A stretch of DNA of 64,000 bases from contig CAXRFO010000012.1 in assembly GCA_964230025.1 (NCBI GenBank), positions 923,652 through 987,651 of the forward strand, written 5' to 3'. The stretch comes from Flavobacteriales bacterium. Its GTDB lineage: Bacteria > Bacteroidota > Bacteroidia > Flavobacteriales_D > JAUILH01. Of the stretch, positions 1-7,937 are shown in pieces. The position numbers and the translations under genes were made by a program. Numbering within the stretch: position 1 is the first letter of the stretch; every line of letters starts with the position of its first letter. A model generated the notes under the pieces. The model worked only from the letters and a program-made list of their open reading frames with translations. It searched no databases and was not told where the DNA came from.

Positions 1-2
1 CT

Positions 3-83
3 GAAATGATTGAAGAAGGTACTGAAATGATCGAAGAAGGAAAAGAAGCTGTAACTGAAGCAGTAGAAGCTCACACAAAGTAA
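3..83 (+). CDS. 3' end of a CDS truncated by the window edge (...EMIEEGTEMIEEGKEAVTEAVEAHTK*), product unknown
   Basis: Open frame from window edge to TAA at 81-83. Contains a 21-nt tandem duplication (1-21 / 22-42) encoding TEMIEEG twice. Followed by a hairpin terminator. Confidence 0.35.
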   Translation, partial: EMIEEGTEMIEEGKEAVTEAVEAHTK

Positions 84-107
84 GCTACTATCTTTTAGAT
101 AAAATTG

Positions 108-137
108 CCCGCAGTGCTATAGTGCTGCGGGTTTTTT
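108..137 (+). terminator. Rho-independent terminator hairpin after the truncated upstream gene
   Basis: CCCGCAG (108-114) pairs with CTGCGGG (125-131), followed by TTTTTT (132-137). The stop codon of the convergent minus-strand peptidase gene (117-119) lies in the loop. Confidence 0.6.
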
Positions 138-1724
138 ATTGCCTATAACTTCTAAGGCCTTTTTAACTTCAGTGTCTTCCTTTACTGAAACATAAATCAT
201 TCCTGAAAAATCCCATTCGAAAGCAGCTATATCAGAGGCAATTCTGTTTTCTAAGCGTTCTTTACTTAATTCAACATTATCCATATAAGGAATGCCATTT
301 TCTTTGGCAAAATTGTAAAAGTCATTCCAGTCATTATCCGTCATTCGGAATTTCTCATAAAATTCTTTCACAGAACCAAATTGTTTGAGATATGCCTTGT
401 TATTATCATAGAATTTTAAGGCATAATCAATGGTTATACCAGCGCCCACGACAAGATTAAAATAGCTGGAATAACCGCTTGTATCTCTGGGCACAAAATA
501 ATCAGGCATAATTCCACCACCGCCATAAACTGGCCTTTTCTTTTTGAGGGTATAGTATTTAAGGCTGTCAGCGAAATAAGAGCTATCCACTTCAAACATT
601 TCACCATTTCTGTATCGATCATAATGGGCCTCTGAATAATCTATGCCCTCTCCATATGGTCTTTGAATCGACCTGCCCGAAGGGGTATAGTAACGCGCAA
701 CAGTGAGCCTAATTTCAGAACCATCATTAAAAGGATGTGTTTCTTGCACCAAGCCCTTACCGAAACTTCTTCTGCCAACAACGTAGCCTCTGTCATTATC
801 TTGTATTGCTCCTGCTAATATTTCAGAAGCGGAAGCGGAATTTTCATTGATTAAAACTACCAGTTCCATATCCTTGAACATCCCGTTTTTTGTTGAATTA
901 TAAATTTGTTTTTTTCTGTTTTTGCCTTTGGTAAATACGATGGGTTCTCCCTTTGGAAGTAATTCATCCAAAATATTAATCGCAACATCAAGATAACCAC
1001 CGCCATTGTCACGGAGATCAATTACCATTTTTTTCATTCCCCTAACTTTCAAGCTACGCGCGGCCAAAACAAAATCTTGATAGGTTCTTTCAGCAAATTT
1101 ATCCAAGCGAATGTACCCTGTGTTTTCATTCATCATGTAAGCGGCATCCACACTATTTACATATATGCGCGTACGAATTAATGCTTTGAACATTTCTTCT
1201 CCTTCTCTCAGAATCCCGAGTGATACTTTGGATAATTCATTTCCCTTTAGGCGTTTCATAACCCCTTCAGTATCAATGCCAATATTTCCAATATCCTCTC
1301 CGTCAACAGAGATGATTCTATCACCTGGAAGGAGGCCTGCTTTGTCGGATGGCCCCCCAGGAATAACACTTCTAACAATTAAGGTGTCTTTATAAATGTG
1401 AAAGCGAATACCAATTCCAACATAGTTTCCTTCAATATCTTCTCGAGCTCTTTGCATGTCTTCTTTTCGGATATAAGAAGAGTGAGGGTCAAGGTTTTTT
1501 AAAATATCATTCAAACTTTTCTCTAGGAGCATATCCTTTTCTACATCATCAACATAGTTATTCTCAATGTACTCCATTACACCATTTACCTTTACCACCC
1601 GTCTTTGTGCATCCTTAGACATGTGATCTAGGTTATTGTGTTTTGTGCCTAACCAGTATGCACAAGCGCCTACAATCCCCAAGAGAATTGGGATAAGCGC
1701 ATATATTTTTGTTTTATCTGACAT
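117..1724 (-). CDS. S41 family C-terminal processing (tail-specific) peptidase with PDZ domain
   Basis: N-terminal membrane anchor. PDZ-like GGPSDKAGLLPGDRIISVDG. S41 catalytic region LINENSASASEILAGA and downstream GKGLVQ. Confidence 0.9.
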   Translation of the reverse strand: MSDKTKIYALIPILLGIVGACAYWLGTKHNNLDHMSKDAQRRVVKVNGVMEYIENNYVDDVEKDMLLEKSLNDILKNLDPHSSYIRKEDMQRAREDIEGNYVGIGIRFHIYKDTLIVRSVIPGGPSDKAGLLPGDRIISVDGEDIGNIGIDTEGVMKRLKGNELSKVSLGILREGEEMFKALIRTRIYVNSVDAAYMMNENTGYIRLDKFAERTYQDFVLAARSLKVRGMKKMVIDLRDNGGGYLDVAINILDELLPKGEPIVFTKGKNRKKQIYNSTKNGMFKDMELVVLINENSASASEILAGAIQDNDRGYVVGRRSFGKGLVQETHPFNDGSEIRLTVARYYTPSGRSIQRPYGEGIDYSEAHYDRYRNGEMFEVDSSYFADSLKYYTLKKKRPVYGGGGIMPDYFVPRDTSGYSSYFNLVVGAGITIDYALKFYDNNKAYLKQFGSVKEFYEKFRMTDNDWNDFYNFAKENGIPYMDNVELSKERLENRIASDIAAFEWDFSGMIYVSVKEDTEVKKALEVIGNKKPAAL

Positions 1725-1731
1725 GCAATTA

Positions 1732-1739
1732 CAAATATA
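1732..1739 (-). promoter_or_regulatory. Bacteroidetes-type -7 box (TATATTTG on minus strand), 7 nt upstream of the peptidase ATG
   Basis: Plus-strand CAAATATA is the reverse complement of TAnnTTTG. Confidence 0.4.
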
Positions 1740-1878
1740 CTATTCCAATTAAAGCTCAATAGACCATCCATCCTAAAAAAAGTGAATACGTTCTTTACCC
1801 TAGTTTATTACGCACTACGCCCTAGTTATTAATTGTGGACATCTACCATATTTGGATCATTCAAAAACACTAACAATT

Positions 1879-3447
1879 ATGAAAAAGCTTAGTTTATTAG
1901 TAGGAATGTTATTTCTTTTTGGAAGTAACATGGGTAACAGCCAATCAATTGACACTGAGAAAACCTATGAATTAACAGGAAAATCTAAACGAGGGAAACT
2001 TGCTCAAGTAGAGCGCACAGAGGGTGGAAATTATAAACTTTATTACATCACAAAAGCGAATAATACGAAAGCAAAAATTCAAGTTTACACCTTTGATAAA
2101 GATTTCAATTTCATGGATTTATCGGAAGAGGAAATTTTATTTGATAAGATAAAGGCCAAGTATAGCTGGTTTAATTTCAATGGTGAACTTTATTCCGTAG
2201 ATGCGATTACGCTAAATTGGAATCCTGCTGCCCCATTAAAACTGAAGAAAAAGAGAATCACTTATAAGTATGACTGGCTTTTGTTGGGCTACCATAAAAC
2301 GGTAAAGGTCCTTGACAAGGTTAAACCAAGAGATGAAGACGGAAATAAATACTTTGCGAAGAAGTATTTTGAGGATGAAACTACTGGAGACTTATATATT
2401 GTGGCCGGGGTTGCTCCAGGTGCAGTTAGCAAGGATGCTGGTGCTCAACTAACAGACTTAAGGTTGGTGAAATTTGATTGGAACCTGAATAAAGTTGCTG
2501 AAACAAAGATTCCATTTGAATATGGACAAGAAGTAGCTTTTGGACAAGCATTTCTCGAGCCGGATAAAAATAATTCTGAGGCCAATACAATTTCCGGTGG
2601 GGCATTGGTTTTTGCTCCAACGGTTTGGAAGGGTAGTTCAGCTCCTAAAGATGATAATAAAGGAAACTTTACTTATGTGGAGTTTGATAAAGACTGTAAG
2701 ATTGTAGCGAGGGAAAATTTTGATAACCCTAGCCCTGGTTGGAAGATAGACGCTGCTCAATGGACATGGAATGAAAAAGGAGGTAGAGATGTATACCTAT
2801 ACGGTGCGGCTGCTTTTGGGAAAGACAAGTACTATAATGTTGCCGTTCAATCTGGTAAGAAAAAATCGGTTCAAGTGATGAAGGTAAGCTCCGGCAAAAT
2901 AGAATACCTTACCGAATCCGTTCTAGAAGATTTTGAAACCCAGAAAGTATTACCATCGACATCAAAAAAAGGGAAAACATACAGCGGAAAAAACAAACCA
3001 AATTTTAGCTTTTTACCATTAAGCTCTGGCGGTTTTGTACTATACGGTCAGTATTATGATGCCGAGGGAGTTCCAGGAGATTTTACGGCTTGGCATTTTG
3101 ATAGCAATGGTAAGCTTGTTGCCAATTATATGCGAAACATGGTAAATAAAGGAAAACTCAAAAATGGAATTTCACACACCATGTTTGAGAATGAAAACGG
3201 TGTTTTTTGGGTAGCCTATGAGTCCAGCGGAACTGGGGAGATGGTTTGGTTCAATCCGGTAATTACCAAGGTAGATGTAAAAAATAAGAGTATGGCTGAC
3301 CCAGTTTCTTTAGGGATAGAAGGTAAAAAACAGACATACTTTATAGATAAATCCTTCCCAATGTTGGGTGTTTCAGAAACGCAGCATGTTTATTTTGGAT
3401 CGGATAGAAGAGGTAAGAATATATGGTTTTGTAGAGTAAACCTATAA
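1879..3447 (+). CDS. Hypothetical secreted protein (beta-rich, no recognisable catalytic motif)
   Basis: ORF track starts at TTG 1852. The first ATG at 1879 gives the signal-peptide-like MKKLSLLVGMLFLFGSNMGNSQ. Long uninterrupted ORF. Confidence 0.7.
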   Translation: MKKLSLLVGMLFLFGSNMGNSQSIDTEKTYELTGKSKRGKLAQVERTEGGNYKLYYITKANNTKAKIQVYTFDKDFNFMDLSEEEILFDKIKAKYSWFNFNGELYSVDAITLNWNPAAPLKLKKKRITYKYDWLLLGYHKTVKVLDKVKPRDEDGNKYFAKKYFEDETTGDLYIVAGVAPGAVSKDAGAQLTDLRLVKFDWNLNKVAETKIPFEYGQEVAFGQAFLEPDKNNSEANTISGGALVFAPTVWKGSSAPKDDNKGNFTYVEFDKDCKIVARENFDNPSPGWKIDAAQWTWNEKGGRDVYLYGAAAFGKDKYYNVAVQSGKKKSVQVMKVSSGKIEYLTESVLEDFETQKVLPSTSKKGKTYSGKNKPNFSFLPLSSGGFVLYGQYYDAEGVPGDFTAWHFDSNGKLVANYMRNMVNKGKLKNGISHTMFENENGVFWVAYESSGTGEMVWFNPVITKVDVKNKSMADPVSLGIEGKKQTYFIDKSFPMLGVSETQHVYFGSDRRGKNIWFCRVNL

Positions 3448-3470
3448 ATTTCATAGTCACAAAAAAGGAA

Positions 3471-3498
3471 AGGTCTGTTTAACAACAGGCCTTTTTTA
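3471..3498. terminator. Bidirectional terminator between convergent genes
   Basis: AGGTCTGTT (3471-3479) pairs with AACAGGCCT (3484-3492, one G-U pair). Flanked by an A-run upstream and TTTTTT downstream. Confidence 0.6.
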
Positions 3499-4152
3499 TT
3501 CTTCTTGTTTTTGTTCATCCTCAAGGATATACTGCCACATTTGTTCGGCCTCTTTTTTACCCCAATTAGGGTGAATAGAAGATTTTGCTTTAAAAGTATC
3601 GTACTTTTCGAGACTTGTTTTTACCAATTCTTTGCCTTCCTTTTTATCGCCACCAAACAAAACAGGGCTTGCATACAAAGCAGAACCTTTTAGCATGTAA
3701 TAGCGTGGGTTATTAATATTGTACCACCCAGCCTTATCCAAGTAGCTATAGAATTTCTTTTTTATACTAAAAACTGCGGTCATACCTTTGGTTACAAACT
3801 CACCACTTAAACAAAAGGCTTTAAGACAATAAATTTCCGAGTTACGTGGTGATAAGGAATCGGCAATCTCTAAATAACGTTTTGCTTGATTTAGGGTCTT
3901 CTTTTGCGATTCATCATTATCCAAAAAGAGCCCATAGATAGTTCCTGCATAAGCTGACCAATAGTAAGAAAGCCAGTTGTCATCATCCAGTGGGATAAGA
4001 GATTTGAATGTTTTGTATACTTCCTTGAATGATTCTTCGGTAGTAGAAGTATCCATTTTTGCTATGTTAAGCTCCATTTTAGCTTTATAGCCTTGAGTAA
4101 ACCCATTTCCAACAAAGAGAGTACAAATAGATATAATTAGCAATAACCGCAT
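3496..4152 (-). CDS. Hypothetical secreted helical-repeat (TPR-like) protein
   Basis: Signal peptide MRLLLIISICTLFVGNGFTQ. Helical repeat-like composition. 2-nt gap to the upstream M23 gene. Confidence 0.6.
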   Translation of the reverse strand: MRLLLIISICTLFVGNGFTQGYKAKMELNIAKMDTSTTEESFKEVYKTFKSLIPLDDDNWLSYYWSAYAGTIYGLFLDNDESQKKTLNQAKRYLEIADSLSPRNSEIYCLKAFCLSGEFVTKGMTAVFSIKKKFYSYLDKAGWYNINNPRYYMLKGSALYASPVLFGGDKKEGKELVKTSLEKYDTFKAKSSIHPNWGKKEAEQMWQYILEDEQKQEE

Positions 4153-4154
4153 TT

Positions 4155-5432
4155 CTAATTAACAGCAGTACTGTCATTTTGTTCATTTAAAACGGGTGGC
4201 GTTGGTATTGTTCCCAGAAGAGCTTTTAATGAATCACTCACTTCCATATAAACTGGAAGGTATTTTTCATCAAGTGGCTCTGAAGTTGGAATTTGCGCAC
4301 TTAGTGGATCTACCTTTTTACCATTGATTTCAATCCGGTAATCCAAATGAGGTCCGGTACTGAGTCCAGTGCTACCTACCTGGCCAATTACTTGTCCTTG
4401 ATCAACATGATCTCCCGCCTTAACATTCATTTTGTGTAAGTGAAGATAGTAAGTTTTAATTTTATCATTGTGCTTGATGACAATCATTCTACCTGCTCCT
4501 CCAGCCCATCCAGCTCGTGTTACAACACCGTCCCCAACGGATACCACCGGGGTTCCGAGCGGTGCTGCATAGTCAACACCATGATGCGGTCTAACAATTC
4601 CGAGCACAGGGTGCCTTCTAGCATTAGAAAATTTTGAGGAGACTCGTATATAATCTAAGGGCGCTTTAAGCAGTGCCTTTCGCAAACTACCTCCTTCAAT
4701 ATCGTAGAATGAGATTTTTCCATCAACTTCAAAAGGAAAAGCATAATAACTGCTATCGTATGTGTGAAGTTCAATGGCTCTTACATTGTCAACGGCAATT
4801 GCTTCATCATCCACATATACCTCATCAAATACCAGTTTATAGTAATCGTTTGGTTGGATAGAAAAGAAGTCAACACTCCATTGATAGGCATTTATTACCC
4901 TTACAACTAAATCAGGAGATAAGTCTTTATCGATGAAAGCGTTCCATAAACTTGAACTTATTCGGCCCGCTACTTCTCTTGTTCTTACTTCATGTTCACG
5001 TTGGCTTTTTCTAAGATTTATACCATTTCTAACATCATAAATTACGTAATCCAGTTTGTTTTTTTCATATACAATGTACTGCGGTTTTACCGTATCTCCA
5101 GGCAAATACAAGGAGGTAAAGATGTGTCCTGGGACAATAAAATTTAATCCAATTAAACTGTCTCTACCTTTTAAATCAGCCTCATTAATTTCAGCTTGAT
5201 TAAGACCCAAGGGAAGGAATACGTGACTCAGGGTTTGCCCGTTTTTAACCGTATCAATTCTAACGGCAAATGAATCCAAGCAAAAACCGTATTTATAAAC
5301 CAGTTCGGGTGCCGTCTGTATGGTGTCGGAAACCAGGTCATTTCCATGCTTTTTGGATGCTTTTTGTTCTGCTGAGTTACAAGCATAAAAGAGCGAAATT
5401 AAAAATAGCGATAGAAATAAAAAGCTTCTCAT
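4155..5432 (-). CDS. M23 family metallopeptidase (LytM-type peptidoglycan endopeptidase)
   Basis: HHGVDYAAPLGTPV (HxxxD) and GSTGLSTGPHLDYRI motifs. N-terminal signal/lipoprotein sequence LFYAC. Confidence 0.88.
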   Translation of the reverse strand: MRSFLFLSLFLISLFYACNSAEQKASKKHGNDLVSDTIQTAPELVYKYGFCLDSFAVRIDTVKNGQTLSHVFLPLGLNQAEINEADLKGRDSLIGLNFIVPGHIFTSLYLPGDTVKPQYIVYEKNKLDYVIYDVRNGINLRKSQREHEVRTREVAGRISSSLWNAFIDKDLSPDLVVRVINAYQWSVDFFSIQPNDYYKLVFDEVYVDDEAIAVDNVRAIELHTYDSSYYAFPFEVDGKISFYDIEGGSLRKALLKAPLDYIRVSSKFSNARRHPVLGIVRPHHGVDYAAPLGTPVVSVGDGVVTRAGWAGGAGRMIVIKHNDKIKTYYLHLHKMNVKAGDHVDQGQVIGQVGSTGLSTGPHLDYRIEINGKKVDPLSAQIPTSEPLDEKYLPVYMEVSDSLKALLGTIPTPPVLNEQNDSTAVN

Positions 5433-6428
5433 TTATTTTGCATTTACGTGTTGATCAACCCAACTTTTTCCCCATTCTTCTTTTTCTTGTTCCGTCCATA
5501 TTTCAGGAAAGAAAATTCTTTTTTGAAAGCGTGGTGGAAGATATTTTTGCCAGTTGGTTCCTCCAGTGGCGGGAATGTCTGAATCTTCTTTCGCCATGTA
5601 TCGGAATGCCGTTTTATAATGTACAAGCGGCCAGTTAATATTGACATTTACATCCAGCATTTTTAGCTGGCGAATTAGTTCTTCATCTGCTTTTTCTTCA
5701 TCAGTTAGAGAACAGTATTTAGCCCAAATGTTCTTTGTTTTGTATTCCTCTGCCCATTCAAGGAAGTCAGCCATATATTTTTGTTCGAAATGTTTAAGCG
5801 TGAGCGTTTTTTCACCTGTTTCAGCTATTACGGCACCTTCTTTCCAGTAAACATTTTCTAGTTGATCTTCAAGTGAGCCGTTCCATAGTTCTTCTCGTTT
5901 ATCTTTATGCACCAAGTATTTAAGGTCGGTACAGGCAAACTCAATTTTACGGTAGTTGGCAGCTTGAAAACCAGACGCAGGCAATAGCGCCATTCTAAAT
6001 TTTAAGAATTGATCCTTGTCCATTCCTGTTCTCATTACGTCAAAAGAATGGGTAAGCGCCTCAAAATAACGGTTGATTCTTTTCAATCGCTCAATAAAAT
6101 AAGGGACTTCAATTTTTTCATTCCAACCAAGGTCCTGTCCAGAAGGACTTATGTTTTTACCATTGTTTGAAATTTGATCCAGCTCGTGTAAGGTAAGATA
6201 AAAGTAGAGTTCTGTAATTTGATGATAAACAATAAATATCTTCTCATCAGGAAAATCTGTACGGGGCTGCTGCAAGTTTAAAAGCGCATCAACTTTTATA
6301 TAGTCCCAATAGTACAAAGGATTAGAGTATAACAAACCGTCCAAGTATGAATCAAGATCTTGGCCAATTGCAGCATACTTATCTTGTAAAAGCTTTATTT
6401 TTTTTAGGATTTCTGGGCTCAATTCCAT
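5433..6428 (-). CDS. kynA: Tryptophan 2,3-dioxygenase
   Basis: TDO-like blocks YYWDYIKVDALLNLQQP, YHQITELYF and LLPASGFQAANYRKIE. Its stop codon directly abuts the ATG of the M23 gene (TAAATG). Confidence 0.8.
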   Translation of the reverse strand: MELSPEILKKIKLLQDKYAAIGQDLDSYLDGLLYSNPLYYWDYIKVDALLNLQQPRTDFPDEKIFIVYHQITELYFYLTLHELDQISNNGKNISPSGQDLGWNEKIEVPYFIERLKRINRYFEALTHSFDVMRTGMDKDQFLKFRMALLPASGFQAANYRKIEFACTDLKYLVHKDKREELWNGSLEDQLENVYWKEGAVIAETGEKTLTLKHFEQKYMADFLEWAEEYKTKNIWAKYCSLTDEEKADEELIRQLKMLDVNVNINWPLVHYKTAFRYMAKEDSDIPATGGTNWQKYLPPRFQKRIFFPEIWTEQEKEEWGKSWVDQHVNAK

Positions 6429-6433
6429 CTGCT

Positions 6434-6441
6434 CAAATTTA
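6434..6441 (-). promoter_or_regulatory. -7 box TAAATTTG (minus strand), 5 nt upstream of the kynA ATG
   Basis: Plus-strand CAAATTTA is the reverse complement of TAnnTTTG. Confidence 0.4.
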
Positions 6442-6575
6442 AAGCTCTAAGGTAGCTATTTTGCCCGCAATGTGTCGAATAAATGAATAAACGAGTGAAT
6501 GTTTAAAATGACTGGGTGAGCAGGATTATTATTTGATTGCCAGCTTAGACAGGGCAAAGGGGATTAAACATGATA

Positions 6576-7298
6576 TTAGTCAGAAAATTGATTTAAATCT
6601 TCCGGTGTATCAACATTTAAACTTTCGAAATCTGTGATATGCATGGCTATGCTGAAACCATTTTCCAACCATCTCAGTTGTTCCAGCTTTTCCAATTTTT
6701 CAAGCTTGGATAGGGGTAAGTCCGTAAGCTTTAAAAGTGTTTCTCTATGAAAACCATACATCCCAATATGTTTGAAGTAATTGGCTGTGTTGAGCCAATC
6801 TTTAAATTCAACATCCCTTTGAAAGGGTAAGGCTTGACGACTGAAATAAAGCGCTCTGTTGTTTTCACCTATAACCGCTTTTACTTTATTGGGGTTCTCA
6901 AGGTCACTTAAAGAAGAAATGGCTATAGCGAGACTACTAATTTCATTACCATCGCGTAACAATTCAAGTATTGGGTTAATGTGCTTTTCTGATACAAAGG
7001 GCTCATCTCCTTGTATGTTCAGTAATAATTCGAAATTCGGATAGTTTTGTGCTATTTCAGCAATTCTATCCGTCCCACTTTGATGATGCGTTGAGGTCAT
7101 TTCAACATCATAGCCAGCCGAATTAACGCAATTGTAAATACGCTCATCGTCCGTGGCAACTACCACTTTGTCTAAACCCGAGTTTAAGGAGTTTTCAACT
7201 GTATGTAGAATCATCTCTTTTCCCTTGATTTTGACCAAGGGTTTTCCGGGGAAGCGCATGGAGGCATATCGAGCTGGAATAATTCCGAGTGATTTCAT
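6576..7298 (-). CDS. kdsB: 3-deoxy-manno-octulosonate cytidylyltransferase (CMP-KDO synthetase)
   Basis: N-terminal GIIPARYASMRFPGKPL and NIQGDEP motifs. Typical length of 240 aa. Confidence 0.92.
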   Translation of the reverse strand: MKSLGIIPARYASMRFPGKPLVKIKGKEMILHTVENSLNSGLDKVVVATDDERIYNCVNSAGYDVEMTSTHHQSGTDRIAEIAQNYPNFELLLNIQGDEPFVSEKHINPILELLRDGNEISSLAIAISSLSDLENPNKVKAVIGENNRALYFSRQALPFQRDVEFKDWLNTANYFKHIGMYGFHRETLLKLTDLPLSKLEKLEKLEQLRWLENGFSIAMHITDFESLNVDTPEDLNQFSD

Positions 7299-7302
7299 AA
7301 CT

Positions 7303-7310
7303 CAAAGGTA
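7303..7310 (-). promoter_or_regulatory. -7 box TACCTTTG (minus strand), 4 nt upstream of the kdsB ATG (leaderless-type spacing)
   Basis: Plus-strand CAAAGGTA at 7303-7310. Start codon complement at 7296-7298. Confidence 0.45.
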
Positions 7311-7315
7311 ACAAC

Positions 7316-7345
7316 TTGTCTAAATAAAAAACTAAGGTAATTTTG
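7316..7345 (+). promoter_or_regulatory. Bacteroidetes-type promoter: TTG (7316-7318), 19-nt spacer, TAATTTTG (7338-7345)
   Basis: Both elements match the -33 TTG / -7 TAnnTTTG consensus with canonical spacing. The GTG start at 7350 is 4 nt after the box. Confidence 0.55.
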
Positions 7346-7349
7346 TAAG

Positions 7350-7907
7350 GTGAGTTTTAAGGTTGGAGATAAGGTTTCATTTTTAAACGAAGAGGGCTGG
7401 GGTACCATAAAAGAGGTGCTTAGTCATGGACGATATAAGGTAGTCACGGAAGATGGTTTTGATCAATTATACCGAGAGAAAGATTTGGTCCTAAAATCAA
7501 AACGCACAGATTATGGTTTGGATGGTTATCATTCGGAGAAAGAAATAAGCATGAAAATTCTTAACGATCAATACTTTCATGATACTACCAAGAAAATTGG
7601 AAAAACCCATAAGGGACATGATATATGGGAAATTGATTTGCATATTGAGGAGCTAATTGACTCTCACCATGGAATGAGTAATACCGATATTGTTAACCTG
7701 CAACTAAGTCGTTTTAGAGGGTTTATTTATCAAGCTAAACTCAGAAAGATCCGCCGAGTAATTGTAATACATGGTGTTGGTGAAGGTGTTTTGAGGCACG
7801 AAATAAGGAGTATTCTGAATGGTGATAGGGAATGTGAGTATTGGGATGCTGACTATCGTGAATATGGTTATGGTGCGACTGAGGTTCAACTGCGATACAG
7901 TTATTAA
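7350..7907 (+). CDS. Smr (MutS2-related small nuclease) domain protein with an N-terminal SH3/KOW-like domain (DUF2027-like)
   Basis: C-terminal Smr signature IDLHIEEL ... VIVIHGVGEGVLRHEIRSIL. GTG start; there is no in-frame ATG nearby. Confidence 0.75.
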   Translation: MSFKVGDKVSFLNEEGWGTIKEVLSHGRYKVVTEDGFDQLYREKDLVLKSKRTDYGLDGYHSEKEISMKILNDQYFHDTTKKIGKTHKGHDIWEIDLHIEELIDSHHGMSNTDIVNLQLSRFRGFIYQAKLRKIRRVIVIHGVGEGVLRHEIRSILNGDRECEYWDADYREYGYGATEVQLRYSY

Positions 7908-7937
7908 TTTTTTATCTTTACTACAAATCTGAATTTT

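Noticed and set aside
1-42. 21-nt tandem duplication at the window edge.
   Set aside because: It is in frame and coding (TEMIEEG twice) within a truncated gene, with only two copies. Too little context to interpret.
6690-6722. Repetitive LEKLEKLEQL-coding segment in kdsB.
   Set aside because: It is a short in-frame coiled-coil-like repeat within an otherwise canonical kdsB. Nothing suggests slippage or phase variation.
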